Source: an uncultured virus (IMG/VR IMGVR_UViG_3300020160_000566)
Taxonomy: Duplodnaviria > Heunggongvirae > Uroviricota > Caudoviricetes > Crassvirales
DNA length: 64,000 nt
Reading direction: 5' to 3' (one strand)
IMG/VR virus record: IMGVR_UViG_3300020160_000566
Shown here: one piece after another, positions 55,765-63,764 of the stretch
How positions within the stretch are numbered: the stretch's first letter is position 1
How the letters are laid out: every line of letters starts with the position of its first letter
Position numbers and translations under genes: made by a program
The notes under the pieces: model-generated
What the model was told of the DNA's origin: nothing
The model's input: only the letters and a program-made list of their open reading frames with translations
Database searches by the model: none

Positions 55765-57569
55765 TAGATAGTTGTTAGGGTGGCTAATTCGTCATTTGTT
55801 AGGCGGGTCTGCCAAAGGGCTGCGGCGTTAAAGTTTTGGTCTGATTGGTAAGCATTATAATAGTTACCAAAATCAATTTTATTCATTCCGCTTGGGACTG
55901 CTGAATACGCAGTTGTTGAACCAACCAAAGCCCCGTTTAAATAAAAAGCATAGTCATTGGCTTTCCAAGCTACAGCGACTTTGTGGCGGCCATTTGTAAG
56001 TGTTGAAGAAGAATTACTCCATCCCGTAAATGAAGGAGTATTCCAAATTGCGGCTTCTAACGTATTGTTAGTTACATACAAATAAACGGAATTATTAAAA
56101 GCAGCACTTCCCGTATTGTTTAACGAAAGTAGAATAGTGAAATTTGCGTCAAAGTTTACATAAGCATCAACAAACAAAGTCCCCTCCGTTTGACCGATAA
56201 GCGAACTAATACCCGTCTTTGATATTACGTCAGCGTTGCGTGTTACACTTGCAGAGGTTGTTGGTATGTAGGATGTTTGATAATTTCCGAGTTCAATTTG
56301 AGCGCCCCATATAAGAAGGTCTTTGCCAGTTCCAGAATAGATTGGAAAATTGTTGTTAAGTAAAGCACCAGTAAATTGTGGTCTGTCACTTGTACCAATT
56401 ATAGGGAAATAATTAGCAGTACCGCTTGTCATAGTTCCAGTAACTGAACAACGATACCACCCATTGCCAACATTTTCTATTGATGCACTAATTGTTGCAG
56501 CGCCATTTGTTTTTGTATCTGTTACTGTTCCAGTTTGCAAATCAAATATAGCAGTATATGCATGAACATCACTGCTATTTGTTACACCTAAAACTAAATA
56601 TCTTAATGTGTTTTGTTTGGCATAAGTTGAAAAAGCTCTTGATATAGCAAGGTCTCCGCTAAACGATTGATATATGATGTGTCTTGATAAATTTGAATCA
56701 TCCGTAATTGTGTCAGCATCAAATATTCCACTTGGGGATGTTGATATATTACCAATTGAAGTTGCGTTTTCTTTTGCCCACCCCGCGTTATCAAAAGACG
56801 AACTATAAGTAAGTAGGTTTGTCCTTTGCGGTTCTACTAACAAACTTGGACAAGTACCGTTTGAGTAGTCAAGACGTGGTATGTTAAGTCTTGTTTCCGT
56901 TTTTTGGTAGGGTAGTGCGGTTGAGCCTTCGACTGCTTGAGCGCCCCAAATTAATAGTCCATTTGAGCCACTTGCAGTTGCATTTGTTGAATTGTTTGCG
57001 TCTGCTAATTGAGTAACATTGTAACCCGTAGAGCCATTTACTACTTTAGTTACGGAGCAACGATACCAACCATTTCCATAATTTTCAATAGTTGCAGTAC
57101 AACCCGAAGTAATAGTTCCTATTGTACCATTTGAAACATTAAACCAAGCACCTACATTTCCGTCTATATGGTGGAGAATAACCCAATTAAACCCGTCTGA
57201 TTTTACAAAACAAGTATTTGTGTAAGCTATCCCCACAGTTGTAGGAAAAGCTCTTTCAACCCATTTGGATATTCCCGTAGATATAGGAGTTATTTTATCT
57301 GCGTCTTGAATACCACTTGGCGAAATTGAATTATTTGCAGTTATTGTTGTTCCGCTTTTACTCCAATAAGCATTGTCAAACTGCTCTGAATACCCTACAA
57401 GGTTATAAGGCACTAACTCAACCAACCCCGCAGAGTTAACTCTTGTTGCTGTTGTTGCTCTTGTTACGGACATATCGCCCGAACCATCGGACGGAATAAC
57501 GGAGTAAAGTTTGCCCTCAGAATACGCATTTGGCGTAACGCAAAGACTAGCCTGTGATAATAGACTCAT
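55764..57569 (-). CDS. tail / receptor-binding protein with two carbohydrate-binding-like repeats and a LamG-like C-terminus
   Basis: two NL-x2-YS-x2-FDNA-x-W...GNGWYRCSV...IWGAQ repeats; HKVAVAW...YLNG. Confidence 0.7.
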   Translation of the reverse strand: MSLLSQASLCVTPNAYSEGKLYSVIPSDGSGDMSVTRATTATRVNSAGLVELVPYNLVGYSEQFDNAYWSKSGTTITANNSISPSGIQDADKITPISTGISKWVERAFPTTVGIAYTNTCFVKSDGFNWVILHHIDGNVGAWFNVSNGTIGTITSGCTATIENYGNGWYRCSVTKVVNGSTGYNVTQLADANNSTNATASGSNGLLIWGAQAVEGSTALPYQKTETRLNIPRLDYSNGTCPSLLVEPQRTNLLTYSSSFDNAGWAKENATSIGNISTSPSGIFDADTITDDSNLSRHIIYQSFSGDLAISRAFSTYAKQNTLRYLVLGVTNSSDVHAYTAIFDLQTGTVTDTKTNGAATISASIENVGNGWYRCSVTGTMTSGTANYFPIIGTSDRPQFTGALLNNNFPIYSGTGKDLLIWGAQIELGNYQTSYIPTTSASVTRNADVISKTGISSLIGQTEGTLFVDAYVNFDANFTILLSLNNTGSAAFNNSVYLYVTNNTLEAAIWNTPSFTGWSNSSSTLTNGRHKVAVAWKANDYAFYLNGALVGSTTAYSAVPSGMNKIDFGNYYNAYQSDQNFNAAALWQTRLTNDELATLTTI

Positions 57570-57721
57570 GATAAGCTATTTAGAAATGATATTAAACAGT
57601 TTTGTGCCTCAAATGTACCGCCATCAGCTTGAACTCTGTTGATGAACAACATTGTGATATAGTTAGGCTGACCCATAAAGTCATTCCCTATGGCGTTTGA
57701 TATGGAGATCTGAATGTTCAT
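57566..57721 (-). CDS. 51-aa protein with RVQADGGTFEAQNCL motif (not in ORF track)
   Basis: Hand translation; ATGA coupling to the 57569 gene. Confidence 0.65.
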   Translation of the reverse strand: MNIQISISNAIGNDFMGQPNYITMLFINRVQADGGTFEAQNCLISFLNSLS

Positions 57722-57722
57722 A

Positions 57723-58196
57723 CTACCAAAGAGCTACAATGTTTGACGCTGTAGTACTTGTTGAAAATACTTTTGATACTTGAACAGGAAGGAATGTACC
57801 TCCTAGAACATTATAGAATATAATGTCATCTCCTGCGTGTGTTTGAACACGTAGATTACCTCCTGAGCCAATATATAACACACAAGCCTCACTTTTTTGG
57901 TTTTGGCTATACAGCTTGTACGTCTTTGAAGTACCTGTGAAAATGTTAGCATTTAGCAATAATCTAGTACTGTCAACAACTTTAGTAACAGTAGCAGCTA
58001 ACCCATCTGTAATATTGTAAACAACATCTCCAATAGAAACATTTAATGCCTGAAAATTAACATCAGTATCCTCAAGTTCATTAGCAACAACATTGTTATT
58101 TACGCCTTGAACAATTAATGCCGGTGAGGGTATATTAGCGTTGTCAGACTTGATTACGTCTAATGCTCTTGATACCTGTAGTTTTTGATATGCCAT
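57723..58196 (-). CDS. putative virion protein
   Basis: LYIGSGGNL...GTFLPVQV...TTASNIVALW. Confidence 0.65.
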   Translation of the reverse strand: MAYQKLQVSRALDVIKSDNANIPSPALIVQGVNNNVVANELEDTDVNFQALNVSIGDVVYNITDGLAATVTKVVDSTRLLLNANIFTGTSKTYKLYSQNQKSEACVLYIGSGGNLRVQTHAGDDIIFYNVLGGTFLPVQVSKVFSTSTTASNIVALW

Positions 58197-58240
58197 GTCT
58201 TTTTAATTTATAAGACAAAGATAGGCAATATTTTAAAACG

Positions 58241-58263
58241 AAAAAGCCACCTTAAGGTGGCTC
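58241..58263 (-). terminator. intrinsic terminator
   Basis: agccacc-ttaa-ggtggct stem with a T-run on the - strand. Confidence 0.65.
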
Positions 58264-58283
58264 TAATTTCCGTAGTAGGTTAT

Positions 58284-58754
58284 TTATTCGTAAACTTGAA
58301 TAGAAAGTCTAGCTCCACTTAGATATCCATCTGCAGCAGCTCCTGTTGCAGGGTTCTTTGTAACAATGTCAATTCTATCAAGATCCCAATTTAATGTTAG
58401 ACCGGCAACACCAACTGGGCTAGCTGGATTTGATCCTTGTAAAGTAAGAGTAGCTATTGTTTTAGCAGTAAATGTTCCAGCAGGAAATAAAAATGTATAG
58501 CTACCTACATTATTTCTATTTATAGTTGTTGGATCAAAATCAGTAACAATGTCAGTTGCTACTGGAGGATTTGTTCCTGACTGATCAAGAACAACAATAT
58601 ACATTTGAGGAGCTAATGAAACTCCTGCAGTATCAATGATATCTTGCATTGTATACGGTTGACTCTCATTGTTGATTAACGCTGAGCGACGCTCTACAGT
58701 CTGATATGTAGATGCTAAGCCAATAAACTTAGTGCCTGATGGGATAATTGCCAT
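58284..58754 (-). CDS. hypothetical, probably virion-associated protein
   Basis: 156 aa; own promoter box and terminator. Confidence 0.6.
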   Translation of the reverse strand: MAIIPSGTKFIGLASTYQTVERRSALINNESQPYTMQDIIDTAGVSLAPQMYIVVLDQSGTNPPVATDIVTDFDPTTINRNNVGSYTFLFPAGTFTAKTIATLTLQGSNPASPVGVAGLTLNWDLDRIDIVTKNPATGAAADGYLSGARLSIQVYE

Positions 58755-58781
58755 GATTTATTTTTTTTACAAATATACGTG

Positions 58782-58949
58782 TTATTTTTGATAAGGAAAC
58801 ATCCTGTTAAGGGCATCCTTACGCTTGTTGCAACCGCAATCCTTGCCCGAAGCCTTAGCGACTGTGTCAACGACCTTCTTGATGCCTGTCGCTGTAGTGA
58901 TCTTCTCAACTGTGTCGCCTAGTCCGCGGCTTCTACTTGTTAGCTTCAT
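58782..58949 (-). CDS. 55-aa GLGDT...CGC protein (not in ORF track)
   Basis: MKLTSRSRGLGDTVEKITTATGIKKVVDTVAKASGKDCGCNKRKDALNRMFPYQK. Confidence 0.7.
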   Translation of the reverse strand: MKLTSRSRGLGDTVEKITTATGIKKVVDTVAKASGKDCGCNKRKDALNRMFPYQK

Positions 58950-59044
58950 TACTTCTTAGCAGTTTTCTTCATTGTTGTATACACCTTAGGGGCCTGCTTA
59001 GCAGTTTTTGCTCCCATCTTTGTACCGCAGCTTGACTTTTTCAT
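58949..59044 (-). CDS. 31-aa lysine-rich peptide (not in ORF track)
   Basis: MKKSSCGTKMGAKTAKQAPKVYTTMKKTAKK; TAATG coupling. Confidence 0.5.
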   Translation of the reverse strand: MKKSSCGTKMGAKTAKQAPKVYTTMKKTAKK

Positions 59045-59046
59045 AT

Positions 59047-59391
59047 TTATCTTTTTTTAACGTTACTTACTCTATTTCCCATCCCTACTATTGACTTCTC
59101 AGCCTTCTTGGCCGCAAGCTTGGATGGGCTCATCTCTGATTTTGTGACAGGCGTCTTAGCAGACACTCTCTTGGACGGTCGGCAGTACTCGTTGCTTCCA
59201 CCACCACCACAGGCCTTACCTGTGCGTGTGTCAACCCACTTCTCCTTCTCCCATCTCTTAAGACTAGCTCCCTTCTCAGTCTTCTTTACGTTTCCTGATG
59301 CCTTACGGCACTTAGCAATAGCCTGCGAAGCTCGAGCTGAGGGGAACACATCATAAGATGCCTTTACTTTCTTGTAGCAAGCGTCTTTCAT
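59047..59391 (-). CDS. basic conserved phage protein
   Basis: KDACYKKVK...PSARAS...LKRWEKEKWVD...CRPSKRV. Confidence 0.7.
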   Translation of the reverse strand: MKDACYKKVKASYDVFPSARASQAIAKCRKASGNVKKTEKGASLKRWEKEKWVDTRTGKACGGGGSNEYCRPSKRVSAKTPVTKSEMSPSKLAAKKAEKSIVGMGNRVSNVKKR

Positions 59392-59681
59392 TAGTACTTG
59401 CCTCTCTTACTTGATGGTGATGACTTGGTTGAGCCTCCGGGACCTGCCCAAAGCTTCTTACACGCCCAATATCTTGGCGTGAGTTTGTCATTGGCAGTGT
59501 CACAGCTGTGGCGAGCCTTGAATGATTTGCGTGCTGCAGCGCTATAATTATGGCCGTAGCCCTTAGCACCAAAATGCAGTAGCTTCTCAGTGCCTCCTGA
59601 GCACGCCTTCACCATCATCTTCTTACCTGCGCGGTCAGAAGGACGTGGGGAGTTGCATTTCATCTTGCTTTTGTCAGCCAT
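59391..59681 (-). CDS. basic conserved phage protein
   Basis: RKSFKARHSCD...RYWAC. Confidence 0.7.
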   Translation of the reverse strand: MADKSKMKCNSPRPSDRAGKKMMVKACSGGTEKLLHFGAKGYGHNYSAAARKSFKARHSCDTANDKLTPRYWACKKLWAGPGGSTKSSPSSKRGKY

Positions 59682-59684
59682 ATC

Positions 59685-59942
59685 TTAGTTTCTTGATCGT
59701 CTGTAACCGCCGGGCATCTTCATACCCACTGAACTGCCGAGCTGTGCGAGGCCGCGCTCCGCGTAAGCCGCTGCAATATTGCGCTTTTTGCGTCCCACGT
59801 CGTTTTTGACGGCATATTTCGCATCCAAAAGCTTCATTGCCTGCGCATTTTTCACATTTAGCGCATCTAATGTAGCCTTTAGGTTCTCTGTCTTCTCAGA
59901 AGTAGGCACTTTTTTGGTTTCTTCTTTTTTATCTTCGGCCAT
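59685..59942 (-). CDS. basic hypothetical protein
   Basis: 85 aa; promoter box upstream. Confidence 0.6.
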   Translation of the reverse strand: MAEDKKEETKKVPTSEKTENLKATLDALNVKNAQAMKLLDAKYAVKNDVGRKKRNIAAAYAERGLAQLGSSVGMKMPGGYRRSRN

Positions 59943-59984
59943 TAGTTGTAATTTTACACAACAAATTTAATAAAATTTAATAAC

Positions 59985-60428
59985 ATGGATGACTACCTAA
60001 AGTATTGGAAGGTAATACGCCAATATGTCAAGATAAAGTATGGTCTAAACCAAGCGGATCTTGATATGATATTGTTTCTCTACTCAGAGGCGTACTTCAA
60101 TAAGGATAAGTTTGATGAGTTTACCCGTCTAGTTGGATGGGACTCGAAGCGCTTCAAGCGAATGCTCAAAGAGGGGTGGCTTGAGTCGTTCCGCAAGACT
60201 GACCCAAAAACAAATAGGAGAGCCCTGTATAAGCTCTCCTTTAAAGCGAAGCATCTTGTGACGCTGATCTATAAATACCTAAGTGGTGAGCAGCTCATCG
60301 CTGAGTCTTACGTCAACAACCCACTAATGCTCAGAAAAAACAAGCGATACCGCGATGCTGTGATGAGAGGTGCCGTGCTAAAGCTCAACGACTCTATACG
60401 ACAACAACAACATCTCGCTCGTGAATGA
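59985..60428 (+). CDS. putative winged-helix (MarR-like) regulator
   Basis: LNQADLDMILFL...LKEGWL...RRALYKLSFKAK; the only credible + strand gene in the late arm. Confidence 0.55.
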   Translation: MDDYLKYWKVIRQYVKIKYGLNQADLDMILFLYSEAYFNKDKFDEFTRLVGWDSKRFKRMLKEGWLESFRKTDPKTNRRALYKLSFKAKHLVTLIYKYLSGEQLIAESYVNNPLMLRKNKRYRDAVMRGAVLKLNDSIRQQQHLARE

Positions 60429-60651
60429 TGGTGTACGGCTTGTCCTTGATCACCATCGTGTAGGAGTGCCCCTTGTCGTAGTAAATCTCGTCACCTGACT
60501 TGATAGCCGCCACCTCAGTGCCCGCCACCACGACCTTGCCAATCTTGTAGCGAAAGTCATTGGCGTCATGTGCGCTCAATAGGAGGCCTGACTCAGTCTT
60601 GACCTCCTTTTCAATTGTCTCAATTATGATATTCTTCCCGATTGCGATCAT
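60394..60651 (-). CDS. groES: co-chaperonin GroES
   Basis: KTESGLLL...GKVVVAG...IKSGDEI...IIHERDVV. Confidence 0.85.
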   Translation of the reverse strand: MIAIGKNIIIETIEKEVKTESGLLLSAHDANDFRYKIGKVVVAGTEVAAIKSGDEIYYDKGHSYTMVIKDKPYTIIHERDVVVVV

Positions 60652-62267
60652 TGTGCTTGGTATGTTCGCGCCATTGTGATAATGGCGTCAGTTGATAAAA
60701 TTGTCGTAGCCACACTCACAGCGTTCTGTAGCGCGCTTCTTGTCACCTTGAACGGGTCAATGACACCCATCTGCAATAGGTCACCGTAGCTATTTGTCTT
60801 CAAGTTGTACCCATACCCATCAGCGAAATGGCCATCACCAAACTGATAGATGTCCTCAAACTTAAGGCCGGCATTCTCAAGAATTTGCTTCACAGGTGTC
60901 ATCAACGCCCTGCTCATGATCTCAAACGCAATATGAAGCTCAGCACTGTCAGCCTGCATGCCATTGAACGCAATAGACTCTTCAAGTAGTGCCTTGCCAC
61001 CACCCGGTAGCACACCCTCCTCCAAGGCAGAGCGAACTGCACACACAGCATCATCGACCCTGTCGTACAACTCCTTCTGCTCAATGTCAGTAGTACCACC
61101 TACGAAGATGACACCAACGCCCCCTGTGAGTGATGCAATGCGCGACAGAATAAAGTCCTTCTCATGCTTCTTTGTCGCCTCACCATGCGCAGCCCATAGC
61201 TGCTCCACACGCTGAGCCAATGCCTCCTCGTCAGTGCGCAACGGTGAGTTGATGATCACAGTGTTCTGCGAGTCCACAATAATTTTGGCAGCATGACCAA
61301 GGTCAGCATACGTCATCAGACTCAAGTCATCACCTGTCTTCTCACTAAAATACTTGGCACCCACCGCTAGGGCAATGTCACCCATCAGCTCATGCTTCTT
61401 GTATCCAAAGTTAGGCGGCTCAATAGCACACAACTTGAGGTTGCTTTTGGCTACGTTCGCTGCTAATGTGTTGACCACTTGTGGCGCACATGGCGCAATG
61501 ATTAATAGGCGTTTGCCATCTTTAATAATTGGCCTGAGAATATTCTCCAACTGCAAAATATTATGGATCTCAGCGTCACACACCAAGACCATCGCATCCT
61601 CGAACACACACTCATCACGCTTGTGGTCGTTGATGAAGTACGGTGAGTAATACCCACGCTGTACCTTGAAGCCATGAGTGCTCTCAGCATATGTCTCATT
61701 AGTCTGCGACTTCTCAACGGTCACAATACCGTTCGTGCCAATCTCATTATAAACTCGTGATATGATTCCACCAATGTGCTTGTCATTGTTCGCAGATATT
61801 GTCGCCACGTCATTGAGCATCTTCTTGGTGACCTTCTTCTTCTTCTTCTTTAAACTCTCCACGACCTCATCAGATATCTCCACCATGTGGCGTAGCACTT
61901 GTATGCGGTTCAAGTCAGCCGTAATGAGATCATCACCCGCCTTGACCAAGGCCTCCGTCAGCACAATGGCAGTAGTCGTGCCATCACCCGCGTTCGTAGC
62001 AGTCTTGTCAGCAGCCTCCTTCATCATCCTCACAGCCAAGTTCTCAACCGGATCAATCAAGTCAACAGACTTCGCGACAGTCACACCATCCTTCGTTACT
62101 GTAATACCACTCGTATGATTCGCTGACTCGATCAGCACAGTGTTGCCCCTTGGGCCTAAAGTGCTCTTGACAGCACCTGCGATTTTTGTGATTCCACTAA
62201 TGAGCCTCGCTCGCCCATCATCCCCGAAACGTATGTCCTTCGGAGAGTAACCTAAGTTCTCAGTCAT
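60648..62267 (-). CDS. groEL: chaperonin GroEL
   Basis: TLGPRG, TKDGVTVAK, AGDGTTTA, DAVCAVRSALEEGVLPGGG, GVIDP. Confidence 0.95.
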   Translation of the reverse strand: MTENLGYSPKDIRFGDDGRARLISGITKIAGAVKSTLGPRGNTVLIESANHTSGITVTKDGVTVAKSVDLIDPVENLAVRMMKEAADKTATNAGDGTTTAIVLTEALVKAGDDLITADLNRIQVLRHMVEISDEVVESLKKKKKKVTKKMLNDVATISANNDKHIGGIISRVYNEIGTNGIVTVEKSQTNETYAESTHGFKVQRGYYSPYFINDHKRDECVFEDAMVLVCDAEIHNILQLENILRPIIKDGKRLLIIAPCAPQVVNTLAANVAKSNLKLCAIEPPNFGYKKHELMGDIALAVGAKYFSEKTGDDLSLMTYADLGHAAKIIVDSQNTVIINSPLRTDEEALAQRVEQLWAAHGEATKKHEKDFILSRIASLTGGVGVIFVGGTTDIEQKELYDRVDDAVCAVRSALEEGVLPGGGKALLEESIAFNGMQADSAELHIAFEIMSRALMTPVKQILENAGLKFEDIYQFGDGHFADGYGYNLKTNSYGDLLQMGVIDPFKVTRSALQNAVSVATTILSTDAIITMARTYQAQ

Positions 62268-62318
62268 ATAAAATTTAATTTAAGTGTCACAAATTTAAAC
62301 AATAATTGTGACATAAAC

Positions 62319-62344
62319 AAAAAAAGCCACCCCGAAGGATGGCT
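62319..62344 (-). terminator. intrinsic terminator
   Basis: agcca...tggct stem with a T-run on the - strand. Confidence 0.55.
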
Positions 62345-62364
62345 CTCTCAATAGCTTGGCAATA

Positions 62365-62655
62365 CTACTGAACAGTAATACCCGATACCGCAAATGGTAA
62401 ATTGGTAACTTGATACGCTACATTCGTCCATGATGTCTGCAATGCATTTACAAGGGCGTTTTGGATAGCATCACGCATACTCTCATCTCCCGCAGGAGCA
62501 GTAGCGTGTGTAATCACAACAACGTCAGTTGCTGTACTTGCTTTGTAATGAATGTGAAGAGTAGTTGTTGACTCTTGCTCAATCAATACAATTCCTGTTG
62601 CAGATACCAATTGACGCTGCTCGTTTGTTACAGGGATACTTAAAAACTTTTCCAT
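62365..62655 (-). CDS. hypothetical protein
   Basis: 96 aa; TATCTTTG box upstream. Confidence 0.65.
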   Translation of the reverse strand: MEKFLSIPVTNEQRQLVSATGIVLIEQESTTTLHIHYKASTATDVVVITHATAPAGDESMRDAIQNALVNALQTSWTNVAYQVTNLPFAVSGITVQ

Positions 62656-62811
62656 CTTCTAAAAAATTAATGGGTTAAACAATACCACAAAGATACCAAA
62701 AATATAATGGGGCATCGCTTTCAACTGACACCCCATTTTATACCGACTAAAGTAGAACTCAAATTTACAAACTATTTTTCATTAGACCAAACACAAAAGT
62801 ACCTTTTGGTA

Positions 62812-62972
62812 GCATGTCAGAATTAGGGTTCCCTATATATATATATATATTTTATTACCTCCTTTTATTATTTTTTTTAATTCTATTTTATATTTAAAAT
62901 CGACATTATCGACAAAATATTAATAATCAATAAGTTAAATAACATTCTAATAGCATTTTTATGTCAATAATC
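62812..62972. promoter_or_regulatory. putative origin-like element B, homologous to 8705-8860
   Basis: tgtca...ttccctat(at)n...T-tract...aaatcgaca ttatcgaca (62897-62914). Confidence 0.55.
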
Positions 62973-63141
62973 TATCATAATAGTAGTAGTAAGAGTAAAA
63001 ACCATACTTTTTAGAGTAGTAAAAAAAGACCCATTTTTAGAGGGTAGGTCAAAGAATTTATTCAAAGTGCATTACTCGTGCATTCATTTTTAGGGCAAAA
63101 AGAAGGGGGATCACTCCCCCATCTCAACCTTTCTAGTCTAA

Positions 63142-63339
63142 TTAAGACTCGTAACCGAGCATTTTCTCACGCATAGAAGCACGTACATCTGCCTCTACCA
63201 TCATCTCAATCTTCTGCTCACGCTTCATCATCTTCTTCATCTCTGCAGCGTGCTGAATGCCCGTCATGCCATTTGGCCTCTCGTTAATCAATCGCCCGTT
63301 CTTCATAGTTAACCCGGACATGTCTGTGTACTTTTTCAT
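63142..63339 (-). CDS. small Met/Lys-rich hypothetical protein (true start likely MKKYTD)
   Basis: TATCTTTG promoter box at 63351-63358, just upstream of this ATG. Confidence 0.6.
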   Translation of the reverse strand: MKKYTDMSGLTMKNGRLINERPNGMTGIQHAAEMKKMMKREQKIEMMVEADVRASMREKMLGYES

Positions 63340-63487
63340 AGCTTTTCTTACAAAGATAGGCATTTCAGATATATGGAGGCTTAGGGTTATATATAGGTCT
63401 GACGAGGTCGACCCCCATCGCGGAAACGGCTTTTTTTTAAGGGGTGGGGGGGTGCATTTCGACCGCCTTTGCCCGATTTTTTTGGCT

Positions 63488-63764
63488 TTTTGTACATAGT
63501 ACAATAAGTAGTTATGGTACAAAGTACAATAAGTCCTGCCCGCCTGCACGCACGCCTGCACGCACGTACGCGCGCACACGTGAGCGCACGCATACGCACG
63601 CGCACACAATATTGAATTAGTTATTGTAAAAAGTACAATAAGTCATCTCATCATTTAGTTATTGTATAAAGTACAATAAGTGAGCTCAATTAGTTATGGT
63701 ACAAAGTACAATAAGTAGTCGTTTTGGATTCAAAAAATGAGTTATGGTACAAAGTACAATAAGT
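63488..63764. repeat. array of 25-bp quasi-palindromic repeats agttat(g/t)gta(c/a/t)aaagtacaataagt
   Basis: copies at 63510, 63619, 63657, 63692, 63740 plus a degenerate copy at about 63488. Confidence 0.95.

Larger units (their letters stand above)
24421..63358 (-). promoter_or_regulatory. dispersed Bacteroidota -7 promoter boxes (TAnnTTTG) upstream of - strand genes
   Basis: + strand CAAAnnTA at 24421, 32878, 36368, 38871, 42390, 44826, 48130, 58216, 58770, 59962, 62290, 62688, 62760, 63351. Confidence 0.75.

Noticed and set aside
48144..57569. Diversity-generating retroelement acting on tail genes
   Set aside because: No reverse transcriptase and no template/variable repeat pair with adenine-specific mismatches seen
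58715..58909. ORF-track call 58715..58909
   Set aside because: The overlapping frame 58782..58949 has an ATG, TAATG coupling and a recognisable GLGDT/CGC pattern, so it is the better gene
60914..62126. ORFs antisense to or nested in groEL
   Set aside because: Typical shadow ORFs of a conserved, codon-biased gene
63340..63609. N-terminal extension of ORF 63142..63609 and ORF 63387..63605
   Set aside because: They translate the low-complexity CGCA tract and repeats; the promoter box at 63351 supports the later ATG
63488..63764. CRISPR array
   Set aside because: Spacers are 84, 13, 10 and 23 nt, too irregular and mostly too short; no cas genes seen
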